A program made the position numbers and the translations under genes. From the NCBI RefSeq assembly GCF_006345805.1, contig NW_021836924.1, positions 6,097 to 70,096 of the forward strand: a DNA stretch of 64,000 nt, read 5' to 3'. Shown piece after piece: positions 13,117 through 25,444 of the stretch. Position 1 is the first letter of the stretch. Each line of letters begins with the position of its first letter. Below the pieces are notes generated by a model that was given only the letters and a program-made list of their open reading frames with translations, did not search any database and had not been told where the DNA came from. This DNA is from Octopus sinensis (Eukaryota).

Positions 13117-14163
13117 TGTATATATATATAATCAAAATAAGTAACAGGATTTCAAGTAGTAATGTTTCAAGTGGTTCCATTACATCACTTTTAAAAATTA
13201 GCGCTATCTTCAGCTGCACAAATATGAAACTTCAACAGACAAGATACATTGATATAAGTTTTCTTGATTATTTTATCAGACCAAAAGACTGGAAAAATTC
13301 ATGTCGCTATTGTAGAAGCAATAGCTAAAATAACAGACCACAATTCTTTAGAGTGGCATAGAACATAGTAGGTGTCATAGAGTTGTAATTCATTAAAAAT
13401 TTTTCTATCACTTTATCACCAACTAAAATCTGAAACTAGAAGTCTGTGTGTGTTTAGAATAAAGAGCAAAGTGAGTTGACAGCTCATGGCTGGCTATAGG
13501 TCATAAATATTGTCATAGGTACCCTCTACCCACAAGAAAAAGAAGCAAAACTTTAGATAGAAGTAACTGCCTATAAAAGAGGTGGGTTGGGGTGACATTA
13601 GTTTATGATGTTGCTACCAGTTAAAGGGACAACCACTAGGAAACTTAGGATGCTATAATGAGATCCAGAAAATATTAGGGGCTCAGTGGGAGAACGTTTA
13701 TAAACAACATTTATTATGTTGTATAAAAATAAAATAAAATTTAAAAGAATTTCAGAAAGTAATCTCATAACCAAGTTAGCTAAAAGGTGTGTATGATTCA
13801 ATTTTAAACATTAAAAGGAAGACTACTATTATGTAGAATCAACTTAATGCCTCCTCTTCACTTAATTAATTAATTATTAGGTGGTCTCTATAACGACCAC
13901 TCAAACCAATTACATATAGTATGTCCGAAAAGATATATTTACTATCTTTTCATTGAAAGTAAAGAATCAGAATCAGAATAATAAGGTAATACATACACAT
14001 AATTAAATATAAATATACAAGAAAAAGTGTGTACTGATATAAGTAGGTGAAATAGTATAAAAAATAATGTATACAGATACATATGCAAAAACGGGTTTTA
14101 TATGTACATATATATACACATATATACATACATACATATATATGTATACATACATATATATAT

Positions 14164-14200
<37 letters not shown>

Positions 14201-14232
14201 CATAATATATATATATATATATATATATATAC

Positions 14233-14529
14233 GTGGAGGCGCGCAATGACCCAGTGGTTAGGGCAGCGGACACGCGGTTGTAGGATCGCGATTTCGATTT
14301 CCCAGATCGGGCGTTGTGAGTGTTTATTGAGCGAAAACGCCTAAAGCTCCTCGAGCCCCCGGCAGGGGTGGTTGCGATCCCTGCTGTACTCTTTGGCCAC
14401 AACTTTCTCTCACTCTTTCTTCTTTTGGCCTGCTCGCTTAGCCAGCGAGGGGCGTCATTTAAAGGCTGAAACAATGCGACCAATGTGACCAGCGATGTGT
14501 ACCAACATCTGATAGCCTAGTCGGTCACG

Positions 14530-14533
<4 letters not shown>
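14233..14533 (+). mobile_element. tRNA-derived SINE family C
   Basis: Head ggaggcgc..aatg.cccagtggttagggcagcggac...gtttcgattccc with Pol III A/B boxes. Other copies at 3262-3570 (-), 5410-5598 (-), 33390-33690 (+), 42352-42655 (+), 53690-53870 (-) and 61708-62010 (+). Confidence 0.85.
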
Positions 14534-14565
<32 letters not shown>

Positions 14566-14891
14566 CATATGTATATAGAGAGAGAGAGATGGATAGATAA
14601 GACAGACAGAAAGATAGATAGAAAGATAGATTTAGATTCAGTTGAATTAGGTACTTAAGACCTAATTATATATACATAATGCGCTTCTTACAGTTTCCGT
14701 TTACCGAATCTCTTCACAAGAGTTTGTTCATCCCATGTTATATAACAGAAGACACTCGACAAAGTTGCAATGTAGAGGGATTTGACCCCAATTCACATGC
14801 ATACGAACCAAATTTGTTAACCATACATTAATGTCTGTGAATTTGAGGAAATAGAAAAGCGTTAAGAATGATAAAGCATTAAAGTTCTTAC

Positions 14892-15066
14892 GTCTTGTAT
14901 CACCCCATCCAGTAATCCAGCAATCAGAATAGTCAGTGATCCAGTTAGGTTCTTCGTAGTTTATCAAGCACACGGGATGTATCTTCCAGTTCATTTTTAC
15001 TCTGCTAACCATTTTTATCAAGGCAATATCATTAGGCCGATTAATTTCACGACTGTACTGCGGATG
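14892..15066 (-). CDS. Serine protease exon 4: catalytic Asp
   Basis: Acceptor gttctttcaacag|CAT and donor AGAC|GTAAGA; 175 bp, phase 0 to 1. Translates HPQYSREINRPNDIALIKMVSRVKMNWKIHPVCLINYEEPNWITDYSDCWITGWGDTR, with NDIAL, PVCL and CWITGWG motifs. Confidence 0.95.
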
Positions 15067-15419
15067 CTGTTGAAAGAACAACGAGAACCGTAAGGGTACG
15101 TAAATTATAGAATTTACAGGTAAGATAGAACCGCTATTTTGGAATTCATCCTTGAAGGATATTCCAATACCTTCTAGGAAAGAATATATTTTGAAACTTA
15201 TTAATAATATTAAGGATTTTGTTTCTAGAATTAAATGGAAAGCCTACTATTGTACAGCCATGAAACGATCGTAGTGTTTTACTCTTTATCTTTTATTAAA
15301 CTTTTAATACTTTTGATATATATTTAAAATAATATAAATTAATTAATTTTATGTATTGGCTTATGGTTTTCATTGTTTGATTTGCCTAATAGTGGTTTTA
15401 TCTCTAATTTAATATAATA

Positions 15420-16294
15420 CTAGCAGAATTGTCCAGCGATGCTCGGGGCTGAATTGCTTGAAAGTACTGTTAATGATTGCACTGAATTATGATGATTATT
15501 CAGGAAAATATTGATATACGTTTACGGTGGGAGATAAGGACTTAACGATCAAACGTGTGCCATTGCATTGTTTTGGGGGAACCAAATTTCTAATGAGCAT
15601 TATAGGGGCACCAACTTTAAGTTTGAGAATGTGTGGTGGTAGTCCGGGGGGCTCAAAGGAATTGAGTACCTCTATTGGATAGTTGATGACGTCCTCTGGG
15701 TCAGGAGTTGTATCGATAGACTTATATACATAGACATCCCCAGGAATGATTTTTAGCATTTCATCATTAATATGGTGAACAGTTTTATTCCTCGGGGCCA
15801 GAATAGCCCTTTGGCCAATCCAATCCATATTCTGATAATTAGCTTGTAGATCTGGGAACACTGCATCTCTGAGATCAGAAGGCGTTTTAACAATGGTACA
15901 AATGGAATCGATGGCAATATTACCATTTTCATACCCTGGTATTTTGCCTTCGCCAAGTTGAGAGTTAAAAAGGTCGAGTTGCGTCCCCTAGACAGTCTGT
16001 ACCAGGAATAGCTGGATATTTATGGAGTTGAGAGTTAAAAAGGTCGAGTTGCGTCCCCTAGACAGTTTGTGGTTTGTGTTTCTGATTCTCGACCCCATGT
16101 CAAATTTATCAATTTTTTTCAGAACTGGAGGAACTTTTCAAAATTTTCGCTGCGTTAGTTTTGAATTATGACATTGGGCTATGTGTGTGTCAACTTTCAT
16201 CAGAATCGGTTGAAAGCCGTGATCAGGGTGAGGGTACAATCTAACAGATACACAGACACGCAGACAGACAAACTGCCGTTTATATAGAGAGAGA
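15420..16294 (-). mobile_element. Non-autonomous Helitron carrying a PIF1-helicase fragment
   Basis: 5' A|TC at 16295/16294; 3' hairpin cccgagcatcgctgg followed by CTAG|T at 15423-15419. Internal ORF 15496-15861 (RAILAPRN...YKSID...NYPIEVLNSFEPPGLPPHILKLKVGAPIMLIRNL...CNGTRL) is Helitron helicase. Confidence 0.9.
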
Positions 16295-16382
16295 TAATAT
16301 AATATATTTATACTATAAAATTGGATTTAATCCTAAATCTGATTTTTCCCTGTAAGTTTGGATTTATTCCCTAATATTTTAT

Positions 16383-16456
<74 letters not shown>

Positions 16457-16469
16457 TCACAATATATAA

Positions 16470-17083
16470 TATATGTATATAAATTAGAGAAGAACCACCA
16501 TGTAGCAATTCAACAATGATATACTTAAATCATAGCATATAGAAAAAAAAATTGAAAATACGATAAAACATTTACCTAGAACTAAATTAAGTACGAAATA
16601 ATAAATATATAGTATATAATTAGTAAATAGACTACATGTGTTTTGTGGCTATATTTTCAAACTGATAACAGTAAAACCAATTCAATTTAAATATAGTCAC
16701 TCATCAGGTCCAAGATAAAAACAATAAAATAATTAAATAAATGTACGTATATCATCTAATAAGAAAATATGAATATATATATAAATACGTAATTTTTCAA
16801 TAAAACATCGAACAAAAATCCAACAATATATCTTAAGGCAAAAACACAAAACATCTTATTGAATATATATGGTTGACTAAAATCTTTGAACTTAATACGT
16901 AGGACTGTGTTTATAATAAATTTATCTCGTTAAAAACATCGTGTAAATAAAACTAGAATAAATAGATATAAATATTTATTTTATCTGTGAAAATATATTT
17001 AAGCTTATAGAAGAAAAAAACCCAAATTATAGTATATAATTACTGGAAAATTAAAATACAAGTAATTAAAACAAAATAATTAA

Positions 17084-17157
<74 letters not shown>

Positions 17158-17602
17158 ATAACATACATTAAATGAAGCTATATGTAATACGTTAATTCAC
17201 AAGATAATAACAATAAAAAAATAATAAAAATAATAAATAGATATACGTAACGTAACCTATAATTACCAAATAACTATATTGAAATCAATATTTTTACAAT
17301 AATAAAATAAAATTCAATTCAAAATTCAATAATATTGGGATAAAAGAAATGCATTACTTATCTTATCTAAGATGAGTGACTATATTTAAATTAAATTGAT
17401 TTTACTGTTATCAGTTTAAAAATATAACCACGAAACGCGTGTAGTCTATTTACTAATTATATACTATTTATTTATTAGTTCGTACTTAATTTAGTTCTAG
17501 GTAAATGTTTTATCGTATCTTTAATTTTTTCTATATGGTATGATTTAGGTACATCATTGTTGAATTGCTACATGGTAGTTCTTCTCTAATTTATATACAT
17601 AT
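16470..17602. repeat. Foldback structure with ~250-bp inverted arms around an AT-rich spacer
   Basis: atatgtatataaattagagaagaaccaccatgtagcaattcaacaatg... (16471) pairs with ...cattgttgaattgctacatggtagttcttctctaatttatatacatat (ending 17602). Confidence 0.85.
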
Positions 17603-18054
17603 ATGTGTGTGTGTGTGGTGTGTGTGTGTGTTTATACATACATACACATGTATATATATACATATATATATATATATGTGTTCGTGTGTATATATACATA
17701 TATATATACACGCACGCATATATATATTTCTTCTCTCCTTGTTTCCATCCCTGTTTTTTCTGTGTCCCTTTCTGTAGAAGAGCGTAGACTCGAAACGTAA
17801 AAGACTTTTTCAATTCCTGAGCATTATACTAATATATCTGTTTGTTTTGTACACCACCTGTCTTCGTCTTTTGTTTTTTTCGTGAACTTTCTCTCTATAT
17901 ATATATATAACATTTTTTGCCAGAAATATTCGATATTTAAAAAAATGTTATTAACTACTTATAAATTTTTCTCTTTGAAAATCTGAATGCCACGATGCCA
18001 TGAATCTTTCGAAACACGTTTTTGCATTGTGTGTATTGTGTGTAAGCGCTTCTT

Positions 18055-18397
18055 ATATCGACCCCAGTGCGTAACTAGTACTTATTTAATCGACCCCGAA
18101 AGGATGAAAGGCAAAGTCGACCTCGGTGGAATTTGAACTCAGAACGTAACCGCAGACGAAATACCTGTTTCTTTACTACCCACAAGGGGCTAAACACAGA
18201 GAGGACAAACAAGGACAGACAAACGGATTAAGTCGATTATATCGACCCCAGTGCGTAACTAGTTCTTATATTATCGACCCCGAAAGGATGAAAGGCAAAG
18301 TCGACCTCGGCGGAATTTGAACTCAGAACGTAGCGGCCGACGAAATACCGCTAAGCATTTCGCCCGACGTGCTAACGATTCTGCTAGCTCGCCGCCT
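18055..18397 (-). mobile_element. Tandem SINE family B copies (one partial, one full)
   Basis: The atcgaccccagtgcgtaact...gaactcagaacgta block occurs twice. Confidence 0.85.
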
Positions 18398-18444
18398 TTG
18401 CAGAGAAGAAATATTGGCTGCTAGAAAAGTAGTTTTATACATAC

Positions 18445-18541
18445 GATGAAAATTTCTTTTACTTTTCTCTCGATTTCGGATGACAATGGATTTGAAATAT
18501 TGTAAGCACCAAGGACAATTCGAAGATCTGCGATTTTATAA
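18445..18541 (-). CDS. Serine protease exon 3
   Basis: Acceptor ttcttttccag|T and donor ATC|GTATGT; 97 bp, phase 2 to 0. Translates YKIADLRIVLGAYNISNPLSSEIERKVKEIFI, matching the S1 'V.LG....V..I..' segment. Confidence 0.92.
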
Positions 18542-18748
18542 CTGGAAAAGAATAAGTAAGACAACAATTTATATTTGAAAATGAAAATTTGTATCATAGA
18601 ACAATGAGGATTAATGTTGTTTATGCTGTTATATTTTAGCGCCACAGGTAAACTAATGTATTGGGTATCGGAGAATTAGCAATCAAAAGAGCAATCAAAG
18701 GTTGATAGCTTCTACTCTTGGTTACCTTGCGTTCAAGGTTAAAATGTA

Positions 18749-19160
18749 TAACTCTCTTTACTCTTTACTCTTTTACTTGTTTCAGTCATTTGACTGCGGC
18801 CATGCTGGAGCACCGCCTTTTCGAGCAACTCGACCCCGGGACTTATTCTTTTGTAAGCCCAGTACTTACTTTATCGGTCTTTTTTGCCGAACCGCTAAGT
18901 AACGGGGACATAAACACACCAGCATCGGTTGTCAAGCAATGCTAGGGGGACAAACACAGACACACAAACACACACACGCATATATATATACATATATACG
19001 ACGAGCTTCTTTCAGTTTCCGTCTACCAAATCCACTCACAAGGCTTTGGTCGGCCCGAGGCTATAGTAGAAGACACTTGCCCAAGGTGCCACGCAGTGGA
19101 ACTGAATCCGGAACCATGTGGTTGGTAAACAAGCTACTTACCACACAGCCACTCCTGCGC
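18749..19160 (-). mobile_element. SINE family A copy
   Basis: Reverse complement of the family A consensus, full length. Confidence 0.85.
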
Positions 19161-19659
19161 CTATAATCTTGGCGTTATCTATTTCTACATTTGAAGAAGA
19201 TATTTTGGGGAAGAGAAATTTATTATTATAAACTATAGCAATAGCTTAAATGTAATAAATGTTGTTATATAATTATCCTATGTAAGCAGTAAGAGCGGTA
19301 TTATTTTGATGAGAGTTATATCACTGTAAGACGATCGAAAGACAGAGGTGTCCGAGAGCCTGAAAGAATGTGTTGGATTATTTGTTTCGGCTTTTTGCTC
19401 TCTGAGTTAAAATCTCACCGAGGTTCACTCTTTCATTTCATTCTTTCGGGGTCGATAAACAAAAATACCAATTTAGTATTGGTGATGCTCTCCTTTCCCT
19501 CCACCTGTTGCATCCTTAACGTTCCACTGGTTCAAGGGTGTGACAATAGAGAGTATCTGTATCTGTTTTCGACTACGTCAGCATCGAAAGTAATAAACGA
19601 AAATGAAGTACAAGCTACCACGTTACACTCAAGTGTGGCGGCCTTACTTATAACACAAA

Positions 19660-20190
19660 GCAGTGTACCCATATTGGAGTATGGGATTCAAGCCTCTTCT
19701 CCTTATCTCCTCAAAGACATACAGTATCTCGAGAGAGTCCAGAAGCTGGCTACCCGCATGGTTCATGGTCTCAAAATTTGTCCTACGAAGAAAGGCTGAG
19801 GACGCTCGACCTTTATTCTCTTGAAAAACGCCGCCGCCGTGATGATCTCATTCTCGCCCACAACATCATAAGCGGAAAGTGTAACCTCTCGAAAGAGCTG
19901 TTCTTCACTCCTGCTCCAGAGCGTCGGCTGCGGGGTCATTCCGAAAAGCTCTACCTGCGACGATTTCATCTCAATCGAAGGAGAGGAGCTTTCTCCGTCC
20001 GGGTTGCGGATCCGTGGAACAAGCTGCCAGACGAGATGGTGAAGATGCCGACGACCGCTTTGTTCAAAGTCTCCCTTGACCTCAAGTGGCCTGAACTCTT
20101 TACATGAACACTACCCTGCACTTAACACCATGTCCCCCTACATGGCCTTGCTATTTGCTTTTGAGCCAAATTAACAAACTAACTAACTAA
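19660..20190 (+). mobile_element. 5'-truncated CR1-clade LINE 3' end
   Basis: PILEYGIQASSPYLLKDIQYLERVQKLATRMV / SYEERLRTLDLYSLEKRRRRDDLI...LRGHSEKL...FSVRVADPWNKLP, followed by an (AACT)n tail at about 20172-20190. Confidence 0.9.
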
Positions 20191-20520
20191 CATATCCACT
20201 GTAAACAGTGGCAGTAATATAAAATTGGCAAGTGCTATACCAAAGTGTAGGTGTAAAAATCCATTATTATGATCAGTGGTAGTCTTCTTTAATCTTCTTG
20301 TTTCAGTCACTGTATTGCGGCCATGCTATTGCACGACCTTCAAGGTTTTTAGTCGAACGATTCGACCCTAGTTCTGATCTTTTTTTGAAGCCTGGTATTT
20401 ATACTATCGGCCTCTTATGCAGAATCGCTAAGTTACGTGAAAGTAAACAAACTAACATCGGTTATCATATTTTGGTGGGGAACAAGCTAAACACGAAAAC
20501 ACACAATACTATACACACAC

Positions 20521-20872
20521 ATGCATACATACATACATTATTATGGCTGACCCCTCGTTATCGTGTATGGCCATTGCACGAAGCTTAACTGTTACTGGTG
20601 CTGTGATCGAATGTGACTTTTTAGCCCAGCTAAAGATCTACAATGTCTTGTACAGAATTGGCAACTAAAACATTTACCGGTAATAGCCGGCTGTAGTTGT
20701 AACTGGGCTTCATGTACCTTTGTATGTCGTTTAAGTCCTCCTGCCGAATTACACTCTCTTCCACATGCCCGACAGATATGATCTGTATGGTGTGTTACAC
20801 CACCACCAGTGGCTATGTTGTCACTCATCTGTCTCGCTTTATGACTACGAAGCTGACTCTTGAGTCCATATA
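20521..20872 (-). mobile_element. Probable RTE-clade LINE 3' end with tandem C2H2 zinc fingers
   Basis: GLKSQLRSH...CRACGRECNSAGGLKRHTKVH...CQFCTRHCRSLAGLKSHIRSQH*. A short 3' UTR ends in gccataataat, and both sides are bounded by (TATG)n. Confidence 0.6.
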
Positions 20873-20914
20873 CATACATAAATACAAACATACATACATA
20901 CATACATACATACA

Positions 20915-20948
<34 letters not shown>

Positions 20949-21632
20949 AATACATACATACATACTTATTATCGCTATTGTTTTCAATGTGACTGTAGCA
21001 AAATTAAGGGAAACAGTAAGATGTACAGTGTAATATAACATGCAATGAAAATGTCTGGTCGAAATTTAACACTTGGTTTGGTTTTTAGATATAAAATAAC
21101 TATTCAGGTGACATGTCTTCGATTATCCTCGATTGAATGTGCAGATGTGAGAACAGCTATATGGAGGGTGCAATTCAAATCCGAACCAAGACATTCTGAA
21201 ATTGGCGAGAATGAGGAACATCATACCGGCTCAGACGTCTTGACATTCTGAAAAATTGGCGGCTTTATTGACTGTATTTATAGCCTGTGTTCATGGAAAG
21301 TTCTAGATGAGAGTATTGAAACTATCACGTGAACAACTGCGGTTCATTAAATAAAATATCGGTTGCACACATGATCAAACTATGATTGAATTGTGGTTTG
21401 AAATCCGTACGTGGCAAAATGCGGGCTTGAATCTAATGCTACACCAGCCCTCCTCCCAACGAGTTGTGAGGATTTTCTGAACGAAATGGCCCTTCTGCAC
21501 CAAAGAAAAGAGATTTTAAGGAAATTTGAAGTGGTGGACGAAGAGCCTCAGGGCCTCGAACTGCTAAGTTGCGGGGACGTAAACAAACCAACACTGGTTG
21601 TCAAATGATAGGAAGGGAAAACAAAGGCTTAT

Positions 21633-21695
<63 letters not shown>

Positions 21696-22012
21696 GGGCT
21701 TCTACAGTTTTCAACTATCAAATTTACTCTCAAGGGCATTGGTAGACCTTGGTCTATAGAAGAAGACATTAACCCAAAGTGCCACGCAGTGGGTCTGAAT
21801 CTGGAACCACATGATTGCAAAACTAGCTTCTTAACAATACAGCCATTTCTGCGCCTATTGTTGACAACAGTTTATAATATTTTTCTGTAATCACTACGCC
21901 GAGTCCTTCCCTCTCAGGGCGCCACCTTCTAGAATAGTGTTCAAGAGGAACATTGATAGTATCAATGTCATTGGTCTAGGTTGGCGTGTGAAGGCCATAT
22001 ATATATATATAT

Positions 22013-22069
<57 letters not shown>

Positions 22070-22278
22070 GGAAAGAGAGAGAGAGAAAGAGAGAGAGTTT
22101 GAATAGAAAGAACACTTTACAGAGAAAAAATTCACGAAAACATAAGACACTATACAACCACTCTATCGCTCCACCACCGCACATATCTCTATGAGATATT
22201 TAGAAATTTTATATTTCTGATAAACGTCAATTTTTTTCTATTTAACCATGGACATACCTACTTGACGCAACGCACTCC

Positions 22279-22340
<62 letters not shown>

Positions 22341-23145
22341 GTGTGTCTGTGTCTTTGTGTTCGTGTTTGTCCCCACTACGACACCGCTTTCTTTATGGCC
22401 CGCTTGTTTTGAGATTTAGCAAAAGCTACCAATGCAGTGCTCCATCATGGCTGCAGTCCTATAACTGAAACGAGTTAATTGATAAAAGAGAAAAGCCGTG
22501 GGGAGTTGATCCGGCGTGAAATTGCAGCTAAATCTCTAACAAATCACAATCTACTATTTTAAATATAGAAGGATACATTGAATAATATAGAGCTAGATTC
22601 ACTATAAAAATAAAATATTTGTAAAAAACAAAAAATCTCCCAAAAATACTTGATGGTTCCGGTTGGAACGCCTTCGATCAGAAGTGGCTTAGTTTCATCA
22701 AACAGCGATAATAATGATTTCAAATTTTCGCACAAGGCCAGCGATTTCGGGGAGGGGATATGTCAGATTGACCCCTGGGTTGAACTTAACTGGTACTTAT
22801 ATTATCGACCCCGAAAGGGTGAGAGGATCAAACAACAATAATATTAGTTGACTCGATGAATCAATAAAACTGCTTCTATATGGTTGTTTGATCTGTTAGA
22901 AATACCAGCCAATTTCCCCCTTCAAATCTCACTTTATCGCCCTAAAGAGGAAAGGGTTGGGAAGACACATTGGATTATGTAGTCTTAGATAAATTTAGAA
23001 AGAGAAGATAGGTACGGCTGTAAAACCTTTGATCGAATGTCTGCTCGAATAGTTTTGACCTGGGGCTAAACAGCGACAACACAAACAAGATCAATTTATT
23101 TACCCACGCACTCTATGGTATGTGGGTAATCATGATGCTGGTGAT

Positions 23146-23190
23146 GGTGTTGATGATGATGGTGGTGTTGGTGAAGACTATGGTGAGGAC

Positions 23191-23234
<44 letters not shown>

Positions 23235-23285
23235 CGACGACGACGACGACGACGACGACAACGACGGTGACGACGATGCTGATAT
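23146..23285 (+). repeat. (GAT)n/(GAC)n trinucleotide tract next to the exon 2 donor
   Basis: Seen directly in the sequence. Confidence 0.95.
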
Positions 23286-23324
23286 TGGTGGTAGTGGTCA
23301 AGGTGAATGGTGTTGCATAGTTAC

Positions 23325-23502
23325 TCAGTTACACAATGACTTGCTGTTAGGATCCATTGGTCAGCAATGAGTGTTCCACCGCAGATATGTTCATAGACAG
23401 CAAAATTGTTGAGCCACTGGATGCTAACTTGCCACGGCCACGACCCGGGTAAGGAAGGATAAGCAGGAACGATGTGAGCAAGAATTTGGTCACCACAGAC
23501 TC
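23325..23502 (-). CDS. Serine protease (S1A) exon 2: activation region and catalytic His
   Basis: Acceptor ttttatattacag|GA and donor GA|GTAACT; 178 bp. Translates (G)[58 protein letters not shown](D), with the hallmark WPWQ, CGG and TASHC motifs. Not in the ORF track because this frame has no Met. Confidence 0.95.
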
Positions 23503-23536
23503 CTGTAATATAAAACTAATAATAATAATAATAATG

Positions 23537-23814
<278 letters not shown>

Positions 23815-23843
23815 GATAATATAATAATAATAATATAATAATA

Positions 23844-24116
23844 AACCCCAAAATGGCAGAAATTCAAAAGATAGTGCTCATGGGAACTGCTCATATCCTA
23901 CGCAAAATACTCTCTATGTAATCCCAAGGTTTAAAACAAACTTTTTTTTTTTTTTTAATTTTTTATTATTTTTATGTATTAGACATTCACTAGTACAACA
24001 CCAAAGGAAAAAAAAACCCAAATATATGGCACAGAACTTCCAACCTGTTGTCTCTTGAGGTCTCTGGGTGAGACTTGGAGCCAACTTGTACAGACATAAA
24101 GCAAAAGTCAAACATA

Positions 24117-24120
<4 letters not shown>
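23844..24120 (+). mobile_element. Second Dong/R4-clade 3' end (different subfamily) within (TAA)n
   Basis: MAEIQKIVLMGTAHILRKILSM* (23853-23921) with a different 3' UTR, flanked by (TAA)n. Confidence 0.75.
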
Positions 24121-24175
<55 letters not shown>

Positions 24176-24801
24176 GTAATGATAATAATAATAATAGTAA
24201 CAATGGGTATCATGTACCTTGTTTTGTAAGTGGTATCATGTACATTGTTTTGCCTTAGTATAAAAGATGGGCTACAGCAAATATTCTGCTTGTCAGTTTG
24301 TTTGACGTTAACCAGTTGAACATGTTCCTTAGTGACTGACGATATGTGCATCTCTGACCGCGAGTAAAAGTAGTGGAAGAGCATCAATCAAAGCCATGTG
24401 TTGAGAGGAATTATTCGGGAGTTGAATAATTCACCTCTAGAAATATGGACGCTTTGTTCATCATCCTTAAACAAACCTTATTCAGGAACTTGAAGAAAAT
24501 TCTAACTGGGTCCCACCCGCAAGGTCATGCGCTGTTTGTCTTGACATAAGATCACCATACCGCTCACATATGGTTGTGATGCATGTGCCTGGTGTTCTCA
24601 TATCAGACGGGTTGTCATTATGGATATATTGGGCTTCGTATATTTGTACCCTTGTGGCAATTTGATGGCAGGTATTGCTCTCTTACTCAATGATAATAAT
24701 AGTAATGATCCTTTCTATTGGAGGCACAAGGCTTCAAATTTGGTGGGAGGGGACTAGTCGATTACATCGACCCCAGTGTTTCAGTGGTACTTAATTTTAT
24801 C

Positions 24802-25035
24802 GGCGGCGAGCTGGCAGAATCGTCAGCACGCCGGGCGAAATGCTCAGCGGTATTTCGTCTGCCGTTACGTTCTGAGTTCAAATTCCGCCGAGGTCGACTT
24901 TGCCTTTCATCTTTCGGGGGTCGATAAGTTAAGTACCAGTTACGCACTGGGGTCGATGTAATCGACTTAATACCTATGTCTGTCCTTGTTTGTCCCCTCT
25001 GTGTTTAGCCCCTTGTGAGCAATAAAGAAATAGGC
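24802..25035 (+). mobile_element. SINE family B copy
   Basis: Full match to family B. Confidence 0.85.
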
Positions 25036-25444
25036 ATTGAACTATTGATCAAGAACCAATCTCGTCGTCAACACGTCAGTCACTATACCTCTCCTCAGCG
25101 CCTATTCAAGCTTCCTCTATCTTCTAGGTCTTCCTCTGTCCTAGATTCCTCTAAGGCTATTTCCTTACTAAAACCTACTGCCTCTATTCCAATAGCCCTT
25201 TCCAGGACTACCCACAATGTTTTCCATTGGTTGTGTCCTTGTTGTTGTCGATAGTGGTGGTGTTGTTGGTTTTATCACTTGAGTCGTTGCTTTTGTTCTT
25301 GTTTATGCAATCCTCGTTCTTCGTTTTGCTGCTCACCGAGTCCAACTCATTTTCGTTAATGTTCTTCGTTGCGATGCTGATGATGTTCGCAGATTTGCAG
25401 TTGTCAATAGTAGCGGTGGTGCTGTTGCTATTTTTTATACTATT

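Noticed and set aside
13190-13290. Candidate protease exon LFWSDKIIKKTYINVSCLLKFHICAAEDSANF with an AG acceptor in the right phase
   Set aside because: It runs into a stop with no donor. The exon at 9924-10057 supplies the expected C...HIC..G.C segment with good splice sites.
14233-14310. tRNA-like sequences (also at about 33137, 33392, 37565, 39320, 42352, 58698 and 61708)
   Set aside because: They have A/B boxes but no complete cloverleaf with a paired acceptor stem, and each continues into a repeated SINE body. These are SINE heads, not tRNA genes.
23914-24387. 157-aa minus-strand ORF as an extra protease exon
   Set aside because: It runs through (ATT)n and a retrotransposon tail, and its candidate splice phases (1 to 2) would break the frame into exon 2.
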